Part shown: in pieces, positions 1 through 5,791 of the stretch | How positions within the stretch are numbered: the stretch's first letter is position 1 | Layout: each line of letters opens with the position of its first letter | Origin: an uncultured virus (IMG/VR IMGVR_UViG_3300022200_000036) | Taxonomy: Duplodnaviria; Heunggongvirae; Uroviricota; Caudoviricetes | Reading direction: 5' to 3' (one strand) | Length of the DNA stretch: 20,000 nt | IMG/VR virus record: IMGVR_UViG_3300022200_000036 | Notes under the pieces: generated by a model | Told to the model about the DNA's origin: nothing | Databases searched by the model: none | The model's input: only the letters and a program-made list of their open reading frames with translations | Program-made: the position numbers and the translations under genes

Positions 1-515
1 GCAGGTCGGTCTTCACCTGGAACTGCTGCACTTCGTTGCCGTACTCACCAGTGGTGTAGGAGATACGACCTTGGGAATCCTTGGTCTTACCACCAGCAAA
101 GTAGTAGCCACCCTGGGAGGTAGAAGCAGCACCATTAGCTTCTGCTTTGGCAAGTTCGTCGATGAACACGCGATCACGCCAGCGGCGATAGTCGTCAAGC
201 AGCGTCAGGCTACCGATCGACTGGTGGAACATATTCAGGTTACCGGTGTCCAGCAGAAGACGCTGGGCGGTAATCAGGGTCTCGCGCGCAATCTTGAAGG
301 TCGAAGGCTGGGTCGGATCACCCGGATCTGCAGGACCAGTATATTCCTTAAGCACCACCAGGACTTTCTCCTTGGTGATGTTACGGCTGTTAGCGGTACC
401 GATGGTTTGATCGGCAATACGCTCACGGCTGTCCTTAGTACCAGGGGTACCCCAGAACTTATAGCGGTCTAACTGGACGGTTTGACCAGGCTGACGAGTG
501 AAGTCGTGGACGACA
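1..515 (-). CDS. Probable major capsid protein, exon 2 (continues past the left edge of the window)
   Basis: Stop-free minus frame from 515 to 1, absent from the ORF track: (V)VVHDFTRQPGQTVQLDRYKFWGTPGTKDSRERIADQTIGTANSRNITKEKVLVVLKEYTGP...FQVKTDL. Codon use is strongly biased (CGT, GGT, ACC, CTG, AAG), as in a highly expressed gene. It lies downstream of TerL-portal-scaffold and joins exon 1 in frame after intron removal. Capsid identity is inferred from synteny and a coat-like G-x-T-V-x-x-x-R motif. Confidence 0.75.
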
Positions 516-1622
516 CGTGCTAGCATGTTCTCCATGCAGCTCCCTAGGTTTCTCATCCCTAGGGCACTGACTATATCTTGCTCCCAAAAATGACACTTTC
601 TCAAGAAACAGTTGAAAACTTTGCTTCTCGTATGTCAGATGTAGATGCGTCCAAAGAATTAGGAGTCTGTATGGTCACATTCTACAAAGCTAGAAAGTTG
701 TTTGGCATTCCCTCGTACTTCGAGGCAACCGGAAAACGTAAAACCAAAACAGGAAAAATTTACTCGTTTATGGAATACAACGACCGATATTTTCAGTCAA
801 TTGATTCTCCTGATAAGGCATACTTTTTAGGCTTGCTTGCTTCGGATGGGAACATAAGTCCTCGTTTAACAGCTGCACGTATTGCATTAAAAGCAGATGA
901 TGCAGATATCCTTGAAAAATTTAGATCTTTCTTGGGGGCAGGCGCACCTGCTTTGAAAGATAAGGTTCCAACGCTTAAAGGAATTAAAGGTAATCCCCAA
1001 AAGATTTTGGTGCTTAGCAGAAAAGTTTTAGTAAATGATTTGATGAAATTAGGTATAACTCCTAACAAATCACATACTCTAAAAATTAACTGCGATCTCA
1101 AGGACTTTAAAAAGGACTTTATCAGGGGCGTCTGGGACGGAGATGGATCAGTAACAGAACGAAGGTTTAAAGTAACCACTGCCTCTGAATGTTTTGCCTT
1201 TCAGCTTCAAGGCTGGATAGAAGAAATAAGCGGGGTTATTCTTCCTGTTAAATCAGAAGTAACCAAAAACGATAAAAACTTGTTCCATCTTCCTGGTTAC
1301 ATTCGAGACGCAAATGCAATACATGCAATTTACGGAGATTCCAACCTTTATATCGAACGTAAGTTTAAAAACTATGTTCGTTATTGGGAGCCCCGGCGCT
1401 AATGGGTTTCATAATCCGTTCTGGATTGTATACCCTAGTCGATGAACCTTCTTCTTATTCCTAAGAAGCTTGGCTGCTGATTGCCCCATGAGCTTGATCT
1501 TTTTAACCATTCACGCTTACTGTTACCAGTTACGTTGTAGGGACCAAACCTTAAGGTGAAGGGTTTCCAGCAATTCACCGGGTGTTCACTTTTTGATTAC
1601 TCAAAAAGGCGGCTGTCAATCA
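516..1622 (-). mobile_element. Group I self-splicing intron (1107 nt, IA-like with P7.1 extension) in the capsid gene
   Basis: Minus-strand elements: P1 CGGU|UG paired with CAGCCG, U.G at the 5' splice site; P2 CUUUUUGA-GUAA-UCAAAAAG (1589-1608); P3 CCCGGUG (1576-1582)/CGCCGGG (1392-1398); P AAUUGCUGGAAA (1564-1575); Q AAUCAGCAG (1474-1482); R UCAUCGACUA (1436-1445); P8 GCUCCCAA (1384-1391)/UUGGGAGC (580-587); S AAGAUAUAGUC (569-579); P9 CCCUAGG/CCUAGGG (542-564); terminal G at 516; P10 UGACA paired with exon-2 UGUCG. Splicing restores ...EPV-VVHDF. Confidence 0.95.
590..1402 (+). CDS. Double-motif LAGLIDADG homing endonuclease with N-terminal HTH-like segment, antisense within the intron P8 loop
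   Basis: Motifs KAYFLGLLASDGNI and DFIRGVWDGDGSV, plus N-terminal SDVDASKELGVCMVTFYKARKLFGI (HTH-like). AT-rich relative to the flanking exons. ATG at 590 is preferred over the in-frame TTG at 578, which lies inside S/P8. Confidence 0.9.
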   Translation: MTLSQETVENFASRMSDVDASKELGVCMVTFYKARKLFGIPSYFEATGKRKTKTGKIYSFMEYNDRYFQSIDSPDKAYFLGLLASDGNISPRLTAARIALKADDADILEKFRSFLGAGAPALKDKVPTLKGIKGNPQKILVLSRKVLVNDLMKLGITPNKSHTLKINCDLKDFKKDFIRGVWDGDGSVTERRFKVTTASECFAFQLQGWIEEISGVILPVKSEVTKNDKNLFHLPGYIRDANAIHAIYGDSNLYIERKFKNYVRYWEPRR

Positions 1623-1714
1623 ACCGGTTCCACGGCCATTTCCGCGATGTATGCGGGGTGAGGGCGGTATAGCTCTGCCCCTAAAATCTTAGGGAAATCA
1701 TTGTCAATAAACAC
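1623..1714 (-). CDS. Probable major capsid protein, exon 1
   Basis: GTG start at 1714 with GGAGG (1724-1728) upstream. Reads MFIDNDFPKILGAELYRPHPAYIAEMAVEP(V) and ends at the U of the P1 U.G pair. Unspliced, it hits TGA shortly inside the intron. Confidence 0.85.
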
Positions 1715-1785
1715 TTAGATTATCCTCCAGTGTCAGTGTTTTTATCGGGTGAAAGATAAAGACACGTGTGTCTTATCTAACACAA

Positions 1786-1794
1786 ATTTTAGCA
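1786..1794 (-). promoter_or_regulatory. Extended -10 promoter candidate (TGcTAAAAT) for the capsid gene
   Basis: Minus strand reads CCTGCTAAAAT. The same CCTGCTA context occurs upstream of the portal gene (CCTGCTAGTAT, 5157-5167). Confidence 0.5.
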
Positions 1795-1811
1795 GGTAGT
1801 GAACTTATGTG

Positions 1812-2384
1812 TTACACGTACTGCATAGTTGTCATACCAAGACCTCTTGGGTTTTGGGAGACATAGGGCGATTCCGGATCAATGGCACCACCTTGCTGGA
1901 AGCCTGGTACACCCATGGCGCCAATACCTGCTCCTAATGCAAGGCCGCCTGCGCCTGCGGCTGCCGCAGAGGCAGGAACTAAGCCAGCCGCAAAAGCAGG
2001 GTTAGCAGCAGAGGCAAGATTTGCAGGTAAAGCCAATAAACCTGTACGTGCAATATTACCAACGGTTTGAGGTGAATATAAAGTAGCAGCTTGACCGCGA
2101 CTCATGTATTCAGGACTGTTGACAATTCCTTGCTCAATACGTTGCCTTGCAGAACGTTTAGTTTTGCCTAAAGGTCTTTCCAAACCTTTCTCAACAAGAT
2201 TGGGAAGAACGTCGGCATACTTACCTGCTAGTGCGGTCGCACCACGGAGACCGCCATATGCACCAAGGCCACCAAGACCTGCCGCAAGTGCAGCCGAACC
2301 CGGATTTTCACCTTGAGAAAGGGCGTACCCGCCTATAGCTAAGCCAGCCGCAGCAGGTACACCGTATTTAAGAGCGCCACGCAT
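1812..2384 (-). CDS. Ala/Gly-rich hypothetical protein with hydrophobic segments (putative virion or membrane-associated)
   Basis: 190-aa ORF between scaffold and capsid genes. GGAG lies upstream at the end of the previous gene. Hydrophobic glycine-zipper-like stretches near the N- and C-termini. Confidence 0.7.
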   Translation of the reverse strand: MRGALKYGVPAAAGLAIGGYALSQGENPGSAALAAGLGGLGAYGGLRGATALAGKYADVLPNLVEKGLERPLGKTKRSARQRIEQGIVNSPEYMSRGQAATLYSPQTVGNIARTGLLALPANLASAANPAFAAGLVPASAAAAGAGGLALGAGIGAMGVPGFQQGGAIDPESPYVSQNPRGLGMTTMQYV

Positions 2385-2388
2385 GGCA

Positions 2389-3387
2389 TTACTCCATTAC
2401 AAACAGTTTGTTTGCAACGACTTGAGGTTGAGCTTGGTTCAAGATGCGCCAGGCTTGACTGGGATCCACATCCATCTGTTGCTTGAAGCTGCCCCAGAAG
2501 TTTTCAGGCTGCTGAGGAGCAGCGGCAGCAGGAGGAGCAGGGAACTGACCTAATACCCGCTGAACAGGAGTGGTGGGATAACCGAAGGTGCCAAGTTCAG
2601 CCTCATTCTCATACACAGGATACGGACCTTCTGGACCGAAGAACTTCAGCGTGTAATCACTGAGAACATCGGGATTGGTCAGAATCTCGTTATACGCAAG
2701 GTTCTCCTGGTGCTCGTTAACCGAAAATTCGGCATAACGATCGAGAACTTCTTGTGCTTTATGGCCCCAAGCGACGGCGCTATCCAGCATATTTTCAAGC
2801 TGGAGGGCATAGTTGTTGAGTATTGCAGGGGAGTTCCAGCCGTACGCGTCAATTACGTTTCGACTTTCCTCGTTTAGATGCAGGTAATCGGCGATTGCGC
2901 TCTGCACTTCCATCCGCAGCTCGTTGGCTACTCCCGGAGAGGATGCCGCTAAGGAGATTAGGGAAGAGCTGGGCGAGTAAGCCTGGTTGGGTGACCAGGT
3001 CTGCGGAGCCAATTGTTGCGTAGCTGGGTTGCTGTACAGCTGGCCGTAATTGGCTGGAGCGTACTGCGTCGTCTGTGATGGTTGACCCTGGAACGGGGAT
3101 TGAACTGGACTGCTCAACAGGTTCACTACCTTGTTGAACGCCGATTCCCATGGATTGCTCGCCGCCTCCGGTTGGGATTGGGGGGCGTACTGAATAGGGG
3201 CTGATTGGTAGCTGAGGGCCGCCTGAGGCACCGCTTGGGGGTAGCTGGTACCCACCTGATATTGGACTGGACTGCCCACTGGAGCTTGGGGTGCCGGAGC
3301 TGCTGCCGGAACCACGTAATTGCTTGGAGCCACCGCCACTGGTGCTTGGCTCGTCTGTGGGATCGATTGGACGGTAGCGTCCTGCAT
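2389..3387 (-). CDS. Putative capsid scaffolding/assembly protein
   Basis: 332 aa, AAGGAG 7 nt upstream of the ATG. P/Q/A-rich disordered N-half and helical acidic C-half. Position between portal and capsid genes; function inferred from synteny. Confidence 0.6.
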   Translation of the reverse strand: MQDATVQSIPQTSQAPVAVAPSNYVVPAAAPAPQAPVGSPVQYQVGTSYPQAVPQAALSYQSAPIQYAPQSQPEAASNPWESAFNKVVNLLSSPVQSPFQGQPSQTTQYAPANYGQLYSNPATQQLAPQTWSPNQAYSPSSSLISLAASSPGVANELRMEVQSAIADYLHLNEESRNVIDAYGWNSPAILNNYALQLENMLDSAVAWGHKAQEVLDRYAEFSVNEHQENLAYNEILTNPDVLSDYTLKFFGPEGPYPVYENEAELGTFGYPTTPVQRVLGQFPAPPAAAAPQQPENFWGSFKQQMDVDPSQAWRILNQAQPQVVANKLFVME

Positions 3388-5134
3388 AACTCATCTCCTT
3401 TTGTAGAGCTTCTAAAGTTCGATACAGATATGGAGTTAGATCCAATCTTGGGTCCGCAGCCATCGGAAGATCCGGTGCTTGCGGGTGGGGAGTCTGCATC
3501 ATGCCCCCCACTAACCTGGCGAACTGAGAGTAAGCACCCTGTAATTCGTTCACCATCCTGAAAGGGAACCCAGATAACATCTCGGCCCGTTCCTCATCCG
3601 TCTTAGACGGGAAGAGGTATTTCAATGCTTCAATGCTATCAACACCTAATTCTTGCAGATTTCGTACCACGATTGAGTTATTGAGAATATCTTGGGTTGA
3701 ATCTTCGTAAACAGGACCCATCCAACGCCACAAAATAGTGACATCACCATCTGGAATAAGACCAATAACCTTGGGTGGAATTTGTTGTGTCTCCACGCAA
3801 GCCATCATCAATCGTTTGAGCATGTCATTGTATTGCTTCATCGCGTCTTCATAGGCAGCTTCTTCTTCCGGTGAAGCCTCATCTGGTAGATCTACGGGCT
3901 TCTCAAGTCCTGCTGCCATTGCAAGTGTAGTCTTGAACAATTGTTCTTCTTGATAAATAATTAGTTCAAGACAACGACAGATGCCGTGGGTGTAAATGGC
4001 ATTTGCTTTTTTCTTCGATGTCGCGGCAACGCGGCCAAAGAGAGATTTGTATTCAGTTGCGGTAACACCAGCAGAGATGGAAAGCTCATCAACGCCACCA
4101 AGAGCAGTGCGAATTTCTTCACGATACTGACGTGCAAAAGCATTTTGGTCGCCAGTGATGGCGTCTGGAACAATGTAGCCAACACGGTCGTTTGGTTCTA
4201 AATTTGCAATGACACGTGGTACACGGATCTGACCGTCCATGCCACGACTGACTGGATCAGATTTAAACATCGACCTACTCATCGGTGATGGGCTTGTGAA
4301 TCCAGAGTTTGCTGCGATTGATGGACGCTGAATTGTGGTGTCACCACCGGCTTCCATCAGGTCTGTCTTGGGACGAGAAGACAATAATGTTGGGTTACCA
4401 AAGAATGTAATGTTCTTGCGCATGGTGCGCATCAAGTCATCATGCGTGCAGATGTGATTAGCAAGGGCATCAAACTCACCAGTACCTTCATTTGAAAACC
4501 CTTGAGTATTGTTAATGATCTCAACGCATGGAATAAAACCAAGGCTATTTTTTAACTGCTTGGTATTACCCGTAAGCGCATAAGTTGGCATGTCAAAATT
4601 TAATTCAGAATCTGAATGCGTCTCTTCGATTTCTTTTGCTTTAATTGCCAAGCGAATGTAACGTTTGGCTCCAGGACTATAGCTACTTTGATTGCCTGTA
4701 ATATTTGTTGTATTAATTTGATCGCCAAAACCATTACCTTTACGCACCTTGTAGCTATAGATGATTACAACCTCATCCAGCTCGCCATCAACGTTGTAAT
4801 AGGCACGATATTCATGATCACGAAAGTAGTAAAGCCTATAGCTTTGTTTCGTGGGACGGATGTAAAAAAGACCTTTGCCATCACACAAAAAATACTCCCA
4901 GATCGAATCTAGGCGTGTATCCATTTTGTTGTACTTGAGCACACGGTCGATAAAGTCCTTGCGTTGTGCACCGAAGTTGTCTTGAGATGGAAAGAACTCA
5001 ACTCCTTGGCGAATGCCAAAAAGTTTCATCTGAGCAATATGCGACGCAACAATGCCCGTATCGACAACAATATCGCTGTCCTTATCCAGGTAAGCGTTAA
5101 TAATCTCTTGTAAACGGGCTTTAGCGTCGGCCAT
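2849..5134 (-). CDS. Putative portal protein with a long low-complexity C-terminal extension overlapping the next gene
   Basis: 761-aa ORF downstream of TerL and upstream of scaffold/capsid. The first ~580 aa look like a helical portal core (GFIPCVEIIN, EIRTALGGVDE, ELGVDSIEALKYLFP). The last ~180 aa are S/G/P-rich and overlap 2389..3387. Confidence 0.7.
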   Translation of the reverse strand: MADAKARLQEIINAYLDKDSDIVVDTGIVASHIAQMKLFGIRQGVEFFPSQDNFGAQRKDFIDRVLKYNKMDTRLDSIWEYFLCDGKGLFYIRPTKQSYRLYYFRDHEYRAYYNVDGELDEVVIIYSYKVRKGNGFGDQINTTNITGNQSSYSPGAKRYIRLAIKAKEIEETHSDSELNFDMPTYALTGNTKQLKNSLGFIPCVEIINNTQGFSNEGTGEFDALANHICTHDDLMRTMRKNITFFGNPTLLSSRPKTDLMEAGGDTTIQRPSIAANSGFTSPSPMSRSMFKSDPVSRGMDGQIRVPRVIANLEPNDRVGYIVPDAITGDQNAFARQYREEIRTALGGVDELSISAGVTATEYKSLFGRVAATSKKKANAIYTHGICRCLELIIYQEEQLFKTTLAMAAGLEKPVDLPDEASPEEEAAYEDAMKQYNDMLKRLMMACVETQQIPPKVIGLIPDGDVTILWRWMGPVYEDSTQDILNNSIVVRNLQELGVDSIEALKYLFPSKTDEERAEMLSGFPFRMVNELQGAYSQFARLVGGMMQTPHPQAPDLPMAADPRLDLTPYLYRTLEALQKEMSYAGRYRPIDPTDEPSTSGGGSKQLRGSGSSSGTPSSSGQSSPISGGYQLPPSGASGGPQLPISPYSVRPPIPTGGGEQSMGIGVQQGSEPVEQSSSIPVPGSTITDDAVRSSQLRPAVQQPSYATIGSADLVTQPGLLAQLFPNLLSGILSGSSQRAADGSAERNRRLPASKRGKSKRN

Positions 5135-5169
5135 TATCTATTACCTTGTTGTTTAAATACTAGCAGGTT

Positions 5170-5250
5170 TTAAAAAGGACGCTGTTGCATAGGGTAAGTT
5201 ACAAACTGATTGGGACCTACTTGCATCTGGTCAGCCCCACGCATACGCAT
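5170..5250 (-). CDS. Candidate 26-aa small ORF (MRMRGADQMQVGPNQFVTYPMQQRPF)
   Basis: AAAAGGA 7 nt upstream of the ATG and TAGAAT (5281-5286) further upstream. Fills the gap between the AbrB-like and portal genes. Confidence 0.4.
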   Translation of the reverse strand: MRMRGADQMQVGPNQFVTYPMQQRPF

Positions 5251-5283
5251 ACGCTGTTCCTTTTAACGATCAATCCACTTATT

Positions 5284-5466
5284 CTACTCTTCTATAACTT
5301 CGTAACCAGCTGCGTCATTCACCTTGGAAATAACGATGCCAGTACCACGTACATCCCAATTCAAAACATCGCCTTCTTCCCAGCCAAGCTCTTCGGTTAC
5401 TTCATCAGGAAAAACAATGTACTGATATCCGTTCTCGTCCTCTTGGACTTCTAAGATGTAACTCAT
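5284..5466 (-). CDS. AbrB/MazE/SpoVT-like DNA-binding protein
   Basis: 60 aa with a swapped-hairpin-like pattern, GYQYIVFPDEVTEELGWEEGDVLNWDVRGTGIVISK. Start overlaps the upstream stop (ATGA). Confidence 0.7.
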   Translation of the reverse strand: MSYILEVQEDENGYQYIVFPDEVTEELGWEEGDVLNWDVRGTGIVISKVNDAAGYEVIEE

Positions 5467-5759
5467 TTCGCGTCGAGAAGCTTTTCGACCAGTTTATCAA
5501 GCTTAGCGTTGATCTGCGTAAAGTTTTCATGCATCTGTTGAATTTCTCTTAAGAAATCAACCTTGAGCACGTATTCAAGCGGCAAACGTTTCAGGTCGTC
5601 TTCCAAAACATCAATCCTTCTTTTCTGGGATCCAATGTAATCAAAAGCCCTTATAATGCGATCATTTTGTTGGGCCATAATTTTGTTGGCTACCCAGCCA
5701 CCACCTGTCACAGCGGATACAACAGCTGTTACAGCAATGGCAATATATTCCGGACCCAC
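5463..5759 (-). CDS. Small protein with N-terminal transmembrane helix and C-terminal coiled coil
   Basis: 98 aa. Hydrophobic YIAIAVTAVVSAVTGGGWVA followed by heptad-like IDVLEDDLKRLPLEYVLKVDFLREIQQM...INAKLDKLVEKLL. Confidence 0.7.
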   Translation of the reverse strand: MGPEYIAIAVTAVVSAVTGGGWVANKIMAQQNDRIIRAFDYIGSQKRRIDVLEDDLKRLPLEYVLKVDFLREIQQMHENFTQINAKLDKLVEKLLDAK

Positions 5760-5791
5760 GACCTGAATTGGCTTTTTTCTAATTCTAAAGG

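Noticed and set aside
71..472. Plus-strand 133-aa ORF (and 13..198 minus)
   Set aside because: Shadow frames of capsid exon 2, which has the biased codon usage and joins exon 1.
793..1179. Minus-strand 128-aa ORF, sense to the intron
   Set aside because: Antisense shadow of the LAGLIDADG gene, with no motifs.
1616..1714. Capsid N-terminus ending in TGA read as a pseudogene or stop-codon recoding
   Set aside because: The stop lies inside the intron and splicing restores the frame. TAA, TAG and TGA all serve as normal stops elsewhere in the window.
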